Shown one piece after another: positions 25,219 through 38,745 of a stretch of 64,000 nt of DNA (positions are counted from its first letter, which is position 1; each line of letters opens with the position of its first letter). The notes under the pieces were generated by a model. The model was not told the origin of the DNA. It worked only from the letters and a program-made list of their open reading frames with translations, and made no database searches. Source of the DNA: Malacoraja senta (lineage: Eukaryota); NCBI GenBank assembly GCA_038087875.1, contig CM075994.1, positions 6,884,001-6,948,000 on the forward strand, in the 5' to 3' direction. The position numbers and the translations under genes are program-made.

Positions 25219-25663
25219 CTAAAATAAACAAAATGAACACAAAGCATTTGTTGAAACGTGAGGACAAATCTTCATAGTCAAACAATGAAGATATGGATGA
25301 GAAGGAGAGGGAGAGTGGTGGATGGAGGTGGCAAACCAGACACAACAAATAATGCAAATGGAGAAGACCAGGCACAATCTGCAGAACCAGATATGGATCT
25401 GGAGAGTTTGTGAATGTCCACAATTTACATGGGGATGTGTCCAGACAAGAAAATAGAAAAACAGTACGGGAGGGGGTAGATGATGTTAAATCTAACCACA
25501 CATCATGCATATTAGTAGAGATCAAGATTTCCTTTGGGCTGAGTGTGTCAATGTCTGACAGATAGGCATTATAGACACACAGGAAGTTTTCAATGAGTGT
25601 ATACATGTAAAAGAGCAAGAGAGAGGGCAAGGTAAACAATCATTTTGTACCCCCAAAAAATAC

Positions 25664-25710
25664 CTGTTCTCTTTCAGTGTTGTTGGCTCTGTGAGTTCCA
25701 TTATTTCTGC
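25664..25710 (-). CDS. Gene B cytoplasmic exon (SRNNGTHRANNTEREQ)
   Basis: Acceptor ttttattcattttag, donor CAG|gtattt. 47 nt, phase 1 to 0, bridging both neighbouring exons in frame. Confidence 0.65.
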
Positions 25711-26612
25711 CTAAAATGAATAAAATAATTCTTCATCAACTCCGCATGCATGATACACAATATTGTCAGAGATTGTGTGTAGGAAGGAACTGCAGATGCT
25801 GGTTTAAACCATAGACACAAAAAGCTGGAGTAACTCAGCAGGGCAGGCAGCATCTCTGGAGGAAAGGAATACATTACTTTTCGGGTCGAGACCAGAGTCT
25901 GAAGAAGGGTTTTGACACGAAACGTCACCGATTCCTTTTCTCCAGAGATGCTGCCTGTCCTGCTGAGTTACTCCAACTTTTGTGTCTATTGTCAGAGATT
26001 GTTTGTGCCTCATCTCCCGTCTCAAAGAAGTATTATTTTGATTCTGCTTTGTTCTTTTATTTTAACCTTTCAATGGGTCTCTGTCCCTATTCGTCTTCAG
26101 TGAGGTGGGCCCTTGTGTCGTTGGGACACAGGTGGCTGTTACTGTCTACAGAGCCATGGATCGGGAACGTAATGAGTTGTATGACCCAAGCTAGGAGTCA
26201 GGAACAGGGGTAGTCCGAGAGCCAGGAGCCGGGAAAATGGTTATGTTTGGTCAGGTTTGTGCCAGTTCCAGAGAAACTGGAATGTGGTTAAGTATACATC
26301 TGGAGTAATGGTGTAACATGGTGATGTTGGTGGACAAGAATACACCCCACCCACAAACCCTCTCAGATATCTGACATCGAAATCAATGCTGATTCCAATA
26401 TTTTTAACAATGAAAATTGAGATTATTTTTAAATAAACGAAATTATTTAAAACTATATGTTTAAGAAGGAACTGCAGATGCTGGAAAATCAAAGGTAGAC
26501 AAAAATGCTGGAGAAACTCAGCAGGTGAGGCAGCATCTATGGAGCGAAGGAAATAGGCAACATTTCTGGTTGAAATCCTTCTTCAAAATATATATTTTTA
26601 AAACAATACTTT

Positions 26613-26925
26613 GGGCGGCACGGTGGAGCAGTGGTAGAGCTGCTACCTGACAGCGCCAGAGACCCGGGTTCGATCCTGACTACGGGTGCTGTCCATACAA
26701 AGTTTGTATGTTCTCCCCATGACCACGTGGGTTTTCTCTGGGAGCTCCGGTTTCCTCCCACACTCCAAAGACGTGCAGGTTTGTAGGTTAATTGACTTCT
26801 GTAAATTGTAGATTGTCTCTAATGTGTGTAGGATAGTGTTAATATGCAAGGATCGCTGGTCGGCGCCGGTCGAAGGGCTGAAGGGCCTGTTTCCACGCTG
26901 TACCTCCAAACTAAAACAAACCAAA
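26613..26925 (+). mobile_element. Near full-length tRNA-derived V-SINE (HE1-like)
   Basis: GGGCGGCACGGTGGAGCAGTGG head, GGTTCGATCC box B, central domain and CR1-like tail. Confidence 0.85.
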
Positions 26926-27658
26926 CAATTCAAAGCTGCAGCTCTTCCCAGTCCCCCTTTCCCAATGAATGGGCTCAGGAATCCTGCATGCGGTTAGACC
27001 TGGCACTGGATCCAGGGGTGGTTCCTCAGCTGGGGAATCTCAGGGGGTCTCTGCTCCATCATTGGCCAGCAGGTTCTGGGCTTCTGCATTCCTGCGAGTG
27101 TCCCAATAATACCGGCACTGGCAGCTCTGTACGGAACTTCCTGCTGAACACGGAAATATCCATGCCAGAGGGTTGCTCTTGAATGCCAGCAACCAGTCAG
27201 GGACAGAATGGACAAATTTGTTGGAGTCACAAAACATGGAACCAAACCAAAGATAGACACAAAATGCTGGAGTTACTCAGTGGGACTGGCAGCATCTCTG
27301 GAGAGAAAGAATGGGTGATGTTTCGGGTCGAGACCCTTCTTCAGACTGAGAGTCAGGGGAAGGGTAAACTCTACCTCGCCATCTATATATCTCTTTTCCC
27401 TTCTCACCACCCCCCCCACCCCCCGACTCTCAGTGAAGAAGGGACTCGACCCGAAATGTCACCGATTCCATTTCTTCCGACACGCTTAGTGGCCAATTTA
27501 ATGTTTGATAAAATTGTAACATTACCACCCTGCTCTTGCATTCTGGAGATTTGCTCACAATTGCGTCCTTTCAGAAACTAAAATTTCACCAGGATTGGGG
27601 GAAACTTTTCACTGAAACTGAATCCTTCAGAAACTGCTTTGATGAACTTGATACTTAC

Positions 27659-27757
27659 TGTGGCCAACTGGAAGTGCCATGGATAATGTTAACAGACATC
27701 CCAGCATTAGCGGAACAAGCAGTATCCAGGTAGGATAGTTGCTGTCACAACGTTCAC
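27659..27757 (-). CDS. Gene B TM exon (GERCDSNYPTWILLVPLMLGCLLTLSMALPVGH)
   Basis: Acceptor ttgttgtgtattatag, donor gtaagt. 99 nt, phase 1-1, open and hydrophobic. Confidence 0.75.
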
Positions 27758-29311
27758 CTATAATACACAACAACGAACTCACTGAGAGAATTACACTGAG
27801 TGTTCACACAGTCTCACTTTTTAACAGTACATTTAATACGGCAAAACATACAATGCAGAACAGTATTGTTAACATATGATGAGTGTTTGACGGCACTGGG
27901 CCTCGACTCACTAAAGTTTAGAAGGATGAGGGGGAACGTCATAGAAACTTACCGAATAGTGAAAAGCCTGGATAGAATGGATTTGGAGAGGATGTTTCCA
28001 TGAGTGGGAGAGTCTAGGACCAGAGGTCATAGCCTCAGAATTAAAGGATGTTCCTTTCGGAAGATGAGGAGGAATTTCTTTTGCCAGAGGGTGGTGAATC
28101 TGTGGAATTCTTTGCCACAGAAGGCTGTCGAGGCCAAGTCAACGGATATTTTTAGGGCAGAGATAGATAGATTCTTAAATAGTACGGGTGTCAGGGGTTA
28201 TGGGGAGAAGGCAGGAGAATGGGGTTAGGAGGGAGAGATAGATCAGCCATGATTGAATGGCAGAGTAGACGATGGGCTGAATGGCCTAATTCTACTCTAC
28301 CTTACTGATTATTCTACCCTACTGGTTATGGTTATGGTGTTGGAAGGAACCAAAGTTCTTGGAGAAAACCCACGTGGTCAGCGGTTATCAGGCAGCTAAA
28401 TCATTCTAGCACAACCAGAGAGCAGTCCTGAACTACTATCTACCTCATTGGTGTCCCTCGGACTACCCTTGATCAGACTTTGCTGGCTTTACCTTGCACT
28501 ATACGTTATTCCCTTATCATGTATCTATACACGGTAAATGGCTTGATTGTAATCATGTATTGTGATTCCGCTGATAGCAGCAACAAAATCTTTTCACTGT
28601 ACCTCGGTACACGTGACAATAAACTAAACTAAAACGAAACATTTAAAAAATACTCAGTTCTCTCATATTTTGGTCCAAGGCAATTGACATAATATTTGAT
28701 GCGAAAAAAACCATTTCAGTCTTGACAACTTGCATCACCTTTTCATCTCTCTTTAGGATGTAATTGCAGTTCACCCTGTTACTATACCACCCACCTTTGC
28801 ACTGTAGGTGAATTTGATGAAGTGACTCTATCTAATCACTCAAGTTGGCCTACGAGAAGCTACAGCCCCAATATAGATATTTGAAGAAGGGTCTCGACCC
28901 GAAACGTCACCCATTACTTCTTTCCAGCAATGCAGCCTGTCCCGCTGAGTTACTCCAGCTTTTTGTGTCTACCATAGATCTTTGTAGGACACCATTAATC
29001 AGTCTGACGACTTGTATCTTGCAAGTTATTCCTATATGCTGCTTCCTGTCATGGAAGCACCAATAATCCATTATCATAACCTTCCATTTCATAAGTTTTA
29101 ACTTACAAAGGACTTTATCTAATACCCTCTAGAAGTCCAGATGTCCAACTAGTCATCCATTATTGACTATATTGGGTCTCACAATGCAGGTGCAGGTAAT
29201 TCAGGCAACATAGATTACAATGTACTGACTGAGATACTCCATTCATTCCAACCATCTGATACAGTACCAAGTTTCCAATTTCATGAAAATAAAGAAAATG
29301 TGTGCACATAC

Positions 29312-29404
29312 CTTTAAATGCAATCCAGCAAATGGAAGCAATGAGGATGGTAACAAGAGACACAATGTGGCAGATATTCAGGCGCCACCACCACCATTTG
29401 TCCT
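29312..29404 (-). CDS. Gene B TM exon, type A copy 3 (EDKWWWWRLNICHIVSLVTILIASICWIAFK)
   Basis: Acceptor tttctctccaccgactccag, donor AG|gtatgt. 93 nt, phase 1-1. Flanks are homologous to those of the 54934 and 63274 exons. Confidence 0.8.
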
Positions 29405-29554
29405 CTGGAGTCGGTGGAGAGAAATGAACAAAATTAAAATAGTTTGAAAAAACGAAATAGTAGATTGACACAAATGATTCAATGCATGCAATAACAAACA
29501 AAGTTTGGAGACACAAGACACCATGAGCCTGAAAGTCGAGCAAAATTGTGAAGT

Positions 29555-30860
29555 TCTGGCGACATCCTTGTAATTCTTCCCTGCACCCTTTCCAGTTTGG
29601 CAACATCTTTCTGATGACATGTTGCCCAGAACTAAACACACAATACTCTAAACACAGCCTCACCAACGTCTTATATAACTGCACATGACCTCCCAACTGC
29701 TATATTCGATACTCTGATTGATGAAGGCCAATGTGCCAAAAGCCTTTTTGGCTACCCTAGCTACCTGTGACCCCACTTTCAAGGAACCATGCACCTGCAC
29801 TCCTAGATCCCTCTGCTCCACAACACTCCTCAGAGCCCTACCATTCACTGTGTCGGTCGCTGCCCATGTTAATCTTCCCAAAATGCAACGCCTCACATTT
29901 CTCTGTATTACATTTCATCAACCATTCCTCAGCCCACCTGCTCAATAGATCAAGATCCTGCTGCAATTTTTGACAACCATGTTCACTGTCTGCAATACTA
30001 CCCACTTTTGTGTCATCTGCAAACTTGCTAATCTTGCCATGTCATTGATACAGACGACAAACAGTAACGGGCCCAGCGCTGAACCTTGAGGCACGCTATT
30101 AGTCACAGGCCTCCAGTCCATGAAGCAATCTTGCACCAATCACTCTCTGCTTCCTTCCATGAAGCCACTTTTGTATACATTTAGCCATCTCTCCTTGCAT
30201 CCCATGTGACCTTCCAGAGCAGCCAACTATGTTGAACCTTATCGAATGCCTTGCTGAAATCCAGATGTACAACATCTGCAACTCTGCCCTCATCAACCTT
30301 TATGGTCACATCTTCAAAAAACAATCAGATTTGTGAGATTAGACCTCCCACGTACAAAACCATGCTGTCCCTAATCGGTATTTGTCAGTCTAAATGCATG
30401 TATATGTTATCCCTCAGAAAACCCTCTACTAGCTTTCCGACCACAGATGTCAGGCTCACTGGCCTGCAGTTCCCAAGCTTTTCCCTGCAGCCCTTCATGA
30501 ATAGAAGCACATTTGCCACCCTCCAGTCTTCCGGCACTTCACTGGCATTTAATGACAACTCATAAATCTCACCCTCGGCTCCTGCAATTTCCTCTCTAGT
30601 TTCCCAGTGTCCTCGGGTATATCTGATCAGGCCCGGGAGATTTGTCTACCTTCCTACTCGTCAGGACTTTCAGCACCTCTTCGGCCGTAATATTGACTGC
30701 GCTCAAGACACTTCCATCGGCTGCCCCAAGTTCCCCAGTCCCACTGACTTTCTCCCTGGTAAAACCAGAGGAGAAATACTTGCTGAGGACCTTGCCCATC
30801 TCCTGTGGCTCCACACAGAGTTGACCACTTTGATTCCTGAGAGGCCACATTCTCTCATGT
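29555..30860 (-). mobile_element. Degenerate CR1 ORF2 fragment
   Basis: Frameshifted segments DKSPGPDQIYPR, VPQGSALGPLLF and LYKTLVR. Confidence 0.8.
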
Positions 30861-31084
30861 GGTACTGCCTCAAAAAGGCAGGTACCATCATCAAAGACCT
30901 ACACGATACTGGCCATGGTCTCACGTCACTCCGACCATCAGGAACAATGGAAAACTGTGACCATATGGTTCAAGAATAACTCTTCAAATCAACCATCAGG
31001 CTCTTGAACATGACACAGCACTAACCAATGAACTATGGACTGTCGTGGGTTGCACTAATGACTTCAGCATTTTTTTTCCACTAG

Positions 31085-32750
31085 TATTCCAAATCTACAA
31101 TTTGAGAGGGAGAAGGGAGAATCGGAAATGTCAGTATTGAACAAAGGGGGTTATGGAGCCATGAGGGAGGAGCTGGCCAAAGTTGACTGGAAAGATACCC
31201 TAGCAGGGATGACAACGGAACAACAATTGCAGGTATTTCTGGGAATAATACAGAAGGTGCAGGATCAGTTCATTCCAAAGACGAAGAAAGATTCCAAAGG
31301 GAGTAAGAGGCGACCGTGGCTGACAAGGGAAGTCCAGGGCAGTATAAAAATAAAAGGGAAGAAGTACAACATAGCAAAGATGAGCGGGAAGCCAGAGTAA
31401 TGGGGAACTTTTAAAGAGGGACAGAAGATAACTAAAAAGGCAATATGGGGGGGGGGGGGGGGGGAGATTAGGTATGAAGGAAAGCTAGCTGAGAATATAA
31501 AGGAGGATAGTAAAAGCTTCTTTAGGTATGTGAAGAGGAAAAAATGAATTAAGACCAAAGTTGGACCCTTGAAGATTGAAACAGGTGAATTTATTTTGGG
31601 GAACAAGGAAGTGCCAGACAAGTTGAACAGGTGTTTTGGATCCGTCTTCACTAAGGAAGACACAAACAATCTCCCTGATGTACTAGTGGCCAAAGGATGA
31701 TGGAGGAAATTCACATTAGGCAGGAAATGGTGTTGGGTAGATTGACGGGACTAAAGGCTGATAAATCCCCAGAGCCTGGTCTGCATACCAGGGTATTTAA
31801 GACAGTGGCTCTAGAAATCTTGGACACATTGGTGATCATTTTCCAATATTCTATAGATTCAGGATCTGTTCATATGGATTGGAGGGTAGCTAATGTTATC
31901 CCACTTTTTAAGAACTTGGACAGGTTGGGTGAGTGGTCAGATGCAAGGCAAATGCAGTTTAATGTGGATTAATGTGAGGTTATCCACTTTGGTGACAAAA
32001 ACAGGAAGAGATTATTATCTGAATGGTGTCATGTTGGGAATAGGGGAAGTACAACGAGATCTGGGGGTCCTTGTACATCAGTCACTGAAAGTAAGCATGC
32101 TGGTACAGCAGGGAGTGAAGAAAGCTAATGGCATTTTGGCCTTCATAACAAGAAAAGTTGAGTATAGGAGCAAAGAGGTCCTTCTGCAGCTGTACAGGGC
32201 CCTAGTGAGACCACACCAGGAGTATTGTGTGCAGTTTTGGTCTCTGAATTTGAGGAAGGACATTCTTGCTATTGAGGGAGTGCAGCATAGGTTCACACGG
32301 TTAATTCCCGGGATGGCAGGACTATCATATGTTGACAGAATGGAGCGGCTGGGCTTGTATGCTCTGGAATTTGGGATGAGAGGGGATCTTATTGAAACAT
32401 ATAAGATTATTAAGGGATTGGACATGGTGGAGGCAGGAAACCTGTTCCCGATGTTCGGGGAGTCCAGAACCAGGGGCCACAGTTCAAAAATAAGGGGTAG
32501 GCCATTTAGAACGGAGATGAGGAAGACTGTTTCACCCAGAGAGTTGTGAATTTGTGGAATTCTCTGCCTCAGAAGGCAGTGGAGGCCAATTCTCTGGATG
32601 CTTTCAAGATAGTGTTAAAGATAGCAGTCAGGGGATATGGCGAGAGGGCAGGAACGGGATACTGATTGTGGATGATCTGCCATGATCATATTGAATGGTG
32701 CTGCTTGCTCGAAGGGCTAAATGGCCTACTCCTGCACCTTTGGACTATTG
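31085..32750 (+). mobile_element. CR1 copy with a large internal deletion
   Basis: Jumps from WRVANVIPLFK directly to LDRLGEW at about 31912, omitting the RT core that is present in the 39583 copy. Confidence 0.8.
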
Positions 32751-33956
32751 TATTAGAGTTAATAATTTATTGAAATTTTAGTTTATTATGTATTTTCTAT
32801 GTCCATGATGTTACAGGCTTATTATGCTGCTGCATGCAAGAATTTCATTGTTGGTATATATATGACAATTAAACATTCTTGACTCGAGTCATCTGTGCCA
32901 TTACCTGTGACTCGGTAACAAATTTTATGTTATAATTTAGTCTCGACCCAAAATGTCACCCATTCCTTCTATCCAGAGATGCTGCCTGTTCCGCTGAGTT
33001 ACTTCAGCATTTTGTGTCTAACCTGTTATGCAGCGTGGGTCACTTTATTATACAAATGATGGTAGTTGTAACTATTGCCACTATTCTTGAACAACAAACT
33101 GTCTTTGGGAAAGGTGCTATTGAAGGGAAATAAAACTGGAATAATTTGAGCGGAATTGTCACCATCCCCAAACACTGGCCAGTAGTTAAGGAAGAACTTT
33201 GATGCAGCACAGTGGCGCTGCGATAGAGTTGCTGCCTTACAGAGCCAGAGTCCTGGGTTCGTTCCTGACGACGGGTGCTTGTTTTTTCGGAGTTTGTAAG
33301 TTCTCCCCGTGACTTGCTTGGGTTTTCTCTGAGGACTTCAGTTTCTTCCCACATTTCAAAGATGTACAGGTTTGTAGGTAAATTGGCATGGTATCAATGT
33401 AAAAATTGTCCCCAGTGTAGGATAGTGTTAATGTGTGGGGATCGCAGGTGGGTACAGACCTAGTGGGCCGAAGGGGCTATTTCCCCGCCATATCTCTAAA
33501 CTAAACTAAACTGAATACTTCCATGCATCCACAGTCAGGTGTGAGTGCGGACAGCCTGCACGTTCAGCCTTACGCTGTGGTGGAGTAGGGTGTGCAACCA
33601 GATCCAGGGCTTCCTACCCAACCAGATCGAGGGCTTCCTTGGCTCTAAATTGACTTCCACGATGCGTCAATCATGAATGAATTCAGAGGCTCTTCTCAAG
33701 GTCACTTGTCCACTAGTGACCTTGCTGGAGTCAGGCCAGAATACTTCCTGATGTTCTGTGTCATTCCGAGGCACCACAACTGGGCAAAATGTGGGGTCAT
33801 TGCATTCCACAAGTTACAGGAGCTGTTGGTGAGTTGGAGGGATAGGTGTCGGGAGGAGTTAATAGGTCATGTTTTGCTCTTTTGCTTTGCTAATGCTAAT
33901 CACTTGGAAATGCCTGCGAGTTAATGCTTAAGTGCAAATTAGACAATATCAGATAC

Positions 33957-34064
33957 CTGGGAACTCCTTAAATGTCCAGCAGAGAAACATAATGGCATAT
34001 GTTAGAGAAAGTACCAGTCCCACCATCGATGCAGCAGCAATTATAACGTCCTCTATTGTAAGGC
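33957..34064 (-). CDS. Gene B TM exon, type B copy 2 (GLTIEDVIIAAASMVGLVLSLTYAIMFLCWTFKEFP)
   Basis: Acceptor ttctctttaattgcag, donor AG|gtatct. 108 nt, phase 1-1. Same length as, and homologous flanks to, 60730-60837. Confidence 0.8.
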
Positions 34065-34189
34065 CTGCAATTAAAGAGAAGTTTGAATAACAAAATATGA
34101 ACCCAAATGAAGATCATTATAGTTACAGTTTAGTTTATTGTCATGTGTACTGAGGCACAGTGAAAAGCTTTCATTGCGTGCTATCCATC

Positions 34190-35530
34190 GGTTATTGAAG
34201 ATGTTATAGCAGCGCATTCATAAATCAGTGACAGGATCGGTCAAAGTCAGCTTGGATTTATGAAGTGGAAATCATACTTGACTAATCTTGAATTTTTTGT
34301 GGATATAACAAATAGAATGGATAAGGGAGAGCCTGTGAATGTGGTGTATCTAGACTTTCAAAAAGTCTTTGACAAGGTCCCACACAAGAGATTAGCGTGC
34401 AAAATTAGAGCACATGGTATTGGGGGTGGGGTATTGACATGGATAGAGAACTAGGTGTCAGACAGGAAGCAAATAGTAGGAATTAACAGGTCCTTTTCAG
34501 AATGGCAGGCAGCGACTAGTGGGGTGCCGCAAGGCTCGGTGCTGGGACCCGTTATTTACAATAGATATTAACGATTTAGACGAGGGAAATAAATGTGACA
34601 TATCCAAGTTTGAGGATGACAAAAATGCTGGGTGGCAGTGTGAGCTGCGAGGAGGATGTTATGAGGCTGCAGGGGGACTTGGATAGGTTCGGTAAGTGGG
34701 CAGATGCATGTCAGATGCAGTATAATGTGGATAAATGTGAGGTTATCCAATTTGGTGGCAAGAACAGGAATGCAGATTATCTGAATTGTGTCAGATTAGG
34801 AAAAGGGGCGGTGCAACGAGACCTGGGCGTGCTTGTTCATCAGTCACTGAAAGTAAGCATTCAGCCACAGCAGGCAGTGAAGAAAGCTAATGGCATGTTG
34901 GCCTTCATTGTGAGAGGATTTGAGTTTAGGAGCAAGGAGGTCCTACTGCAGTTGTACAGGGCCCTGGTGAGACCGCACCTCGAGTATTGTGTGCAATTTT
35001 GGTCTCCTAATTTGAGGAAGGACATTATTGCTATTGAGGAAGTGCAGCATAGGTTCACCAGGTTAATTCCCGGGATGGCAGGGCTGATATATGATGAAAG
35101 AATGGGTCGGCTGGGCTTGTCGTTACTGGAATTTAGAAGGATGAGAGGATATCTTATAGAAACATATACAATTCTGAAAAGATTGGACAGCAGGACAATG
35201 TTTCCCCATGTTAGGGGGGGAGAGAAGTCCAGAACCAGGGGTCACATTTCAAGAATAAGGGTAGGTCATTTCGGACTGAGATGAAGAAAAACGTTTTCAC
35301 CCAGATAGTTGTGAATCTGTGGAACTCTCTGCCACAGAAGACAGTGGAGGCCAATTCATTGGATGTTTTCAAGAGTTAGATTTAGCTAATAGGGCTAAAG
35401 GAATCAAGTGATATGGGCAAAAAGCAGGAACAGGGTGCTGATTTTAGATGATCAGCCTTGATCATATTGGAAGGCTGGCTCGAAGAGCCGAATGACCTAC
35501 TCCTGCAATTATTTTTCTATGTTTCTATCC
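34190..35530 (+). mobile_element. CR1 RT fragment with 3' UTR
   Basis: YLDFQKVFDKVPH and [15 protein letters not shown], with stops and frameshifts. Confidence 0.85.
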
Positions 35531-37039
35531 AGTCAGTGGAAAGACAATACATGATTAGACATCGAGTAATTTACAGTGTATAGGGAATAATGTTTAGTGC
35601 AAGATAAAGCTAGCAAAGTCCGATCAAGTCCGAGGTTCACCAATGTGGTAAATACCAGCTACCTGATATCAGCTGGGAAGAAACTGTCCCTGAATCTGGA
35701 GGTGTGCATTTTTACACCAGTACTTTTTGTTGATGGGAGAGGGGAGAAGAGGGAGTGGCCAGGGTGCGACATGTCATTCATTGTGTTGCTGGCCTTGCCG
35801 AGGCAGCGTGAGTCAATGCCTGTTAGCTGCCTGTCTTATCGCCTCAACGCAGAGGGAGAACAAGGAGGGAAGAGGCAAAGACTTAAGATTTTTGCCTTCC
35901 ATGACAGTGAGGAGGTGTCTGGTGAACTCACTGTGGTGGATGTTAAATTTGTGTTTATTGTGTGTTTTGTTATTTTATTGTATGTATGACTGCAAGGCAA
36001 CGGAATTTCGTTCAGACCAAAAGGTCTGAATGACAATAAAGTTTCCAAGATCCAAGATTCCAGAAGGTGGAAACGAACAAAACCTGTCAAATGCCATGAA
36101 AGGGTCTGCAGTGAATTTCTCCATTGAAAATCAGAAATCTGCTATTTCACTGCACCTTTCACCACCCAAGAAGTATTTTAAATGCAGTCACAATTGGAGA
36201 GAACCAGTTTGCACTGAGCTGGGCTGAACATTCATTAATGTGACACAAACCAAACAAGCTGCATTATGGATTCGAGCTTCATATTTTGTATTCCCTTATA
36301 ACATAGGTGGCCATTCAGCCCAATGACTCCATCCGAGATCCCCTCCCTCCTTTCCCTGTATCTAATTATCTCGCATATGCCCATTAATTCTCCTGCCGTT
36401 CACCTACAGGTGTAGATAATTTGTAAAGCCAATTAATCCACCAACTCACATCATGACTCTGGGATGTCGGAGGAAATCGGAGAACCAGGGAAACACCCAT
36501 GCGGTCATGAGGGGAACATTGAACCTCTGAACAGACAGCACTGAAGATCAGAATGGAACAATGTCTACTGCATCAGTCAGACAGCTGCACTAGTTGTGGT
36601 GACACTGTGCTGTCCTATATTCTCAGATATGGTGGCATAAGTTTATTAGTGATAGGAGCAGAATTAAGCCATTCGACCCAACGTCTACACCGCCATTCAA
36701 TCTCGGCTGATCTATCTCTCCCTCCTAACACCACTCTACTGCCTTCTCCCCATAACCTCTGTACTAATCAAGAATCTATCAATCTCTGCCGTAAAAATAT
36801 CCATTGACCTGGCCTCCACAGCCTTCTGAATTCCAGATTCACAACCCTCTGACTAAAGAAATTCCTCCTCATCTCCTTCCTAAAGGCACGTCCTTTAATT
36901 CTGAGGCAATGACATTTAGTCCTAGACTCCCACACTAGTTGAAACATCCTCTCCACACAGAGCCGGATTTAGATGAAGAGAGGCCTTAAGCTGTTTCACT
37001 TGTGAGGGCCCCCCCTCCCAATCCCCCACCCCCACGACT

Positions 37040-38200
37040 AGTCAAGTCAAGTTTATTCATCACATACGCATATGAGATGTGCAGTGAAATGAAAAGCGGC
37101 AATGCTTGCGGATTGTGCAAAAAAAAACCTACAAAACAGAATCGAACAGAATCACATATTACATATTTGTGGGAGGAAAAAAGAGAAAAAAACAGCAATT
37201 TTAAAAAGTCACCACAGTGAATTGGTACAATATGTTAGTCCTTGGTGAGATAGGAGTTTACAGTCCTAATGGCCTGTTGGAAGAAGCTCCTTCTCATCCT
37301 CTCTGTTTTCACAGCATGGCAACGGAGGCGTTTGCCTGCGTAGCAGCTGGAACAGTCCGCTGCTGGGGTGGAAGGGGTGGCCCATGATCTTGTTGGCCCT
37401 GGATTTGCACCTTCTGATGTATAGTTCCTGCAGGGGGGCGAGTGATGTTTCCATAGTGCGTTCGGCTGAACGCACTACTCTCTGCAGAGTCTTCTTGTCC
37501 TGGGCAGAGCAGTTCCCAAATCAAATTGTGATGTTTCCGGACAAGATCCACAGCGGCTGAGTAGAAGCACTGGAGGATCCTCAGAGACACTCTGATTGCC
37601 TAAGGTGGTAAAGGAGCTGCCTTGCCTTACGCATCACTGCGGCAGCGTGTGATGTCCATGTCAGATCCTCTGAGATGTGGACTCCCAGGTATTTAAAGCA
37701 GCTCACCCTATCCACATTTATCTTCAATGGTGCGTACGTCCTCGGATGTTGTGCCCTCCTAAAGTCCACGATCAGCTCCTTAGTTTTTTTGACATTCAAG
37801 AGGAGGCTGTTGTCTTGACACCAGAGTGCTAGATCAGCCACCTCCTCCCGGTAGGCCTTCTCATCGTTATCAGAGATCAGGCCCACCACCACAGTGTCAT
37901 CAGCAAACTTGATTATAGAGTTGGAGCTGAACCTAGCCACACAGTCATGTGTGTACAGGGAGTACAGTAGGGGCTGAGGACACAACCCTGGGGGCATCCT
38001 GTGCTAAGGGTGAGGGACTTTGATGTATTTCCTCCCATCTTGACTGTCTGGGGCCTGGCGGTGAGAAAGTCCAGGACCCAGGCACACAGGGGGGTGTTGA
38101 GCCCCAATTCCAGCAGCTTCTCAGCAAGTCTGGTGGGGACTATCGTGTTGAAGGCTGAACTGAAGTCTATGAACAGCATCCTCACATAGCCCCCCTTCTG
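37040..38200 (-). mobile_element. Rex1/Babar-like LINE RT fragment
   Basis: [26 protein letters not shown] and KFADDT. Confidence 0.85.
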
Positions 38201-38745
38201 GCTCCTTCGCATGGAAGAACGGTGTGAGGCGGAGGCGATGGAAGAAGAGCTCCAAATCGCGGTGGGCGTGGAACTCATTGAGGTGGGGACGGAGGGGGAC
38301 AAAGGTGAGGCCTCTGCTGAGGACAGACCGTTCGATACCTGAGGTCAGGGGCGATGGTGAACACACGGCAGGGATGGTGGTTGGGGCCGGAGGAAGGCTG
38401 GTGAGTGGACTGAGGCTGTGGCCGTCTGGTGGTAGGGTGGAGGGTGGTCAGGGGGTAGGGGGGTATGAGGAATGTAGTGTGGGTGGGGAAGAGCTGGGGT
38501 CACATGGTTTGAGGGGAATGTGGAAGACCCAATGGAACAGCCACTGAGGTTACCAGGGTGAGGGGGGACTAGCACTAGGATCAAGCGGTCAAACTCAGGG
38601 GAGTTGGAGTCTGCAGCGTGGAAACTTCAGGCCCGGTGCTGAGTCCAGGCTGCAGGTAAGGTGATGGCTGCGGGCTGCTGGAGTGGTCAGGGTCAGCGGG
38701 CAAAGAATAGGAGGTCCTCTCCACAACGAATATAAACCTCACCTG
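38200..38745 (-). mobile_element. Penelope-like element N-terminal ORF remnant
   Basis: [13 protein letters not shown]...[13 protein letters not shown] resembles the segment preceding the Penelope RT. Confidence 0.65.

Noticed and set aside
26994..27260. Non-repeat stretch with open frames on the minus strand inside gene B
   Set aside because: No convincing acceptor and donor pair, and the model is already in frame without it. An alternative terminal exon cannot be excluded.
29101..29130. Consensus gtaagt donor with a nearby AG
   Set aside because: The phase-1 reading stops after four codons and there is no other support.
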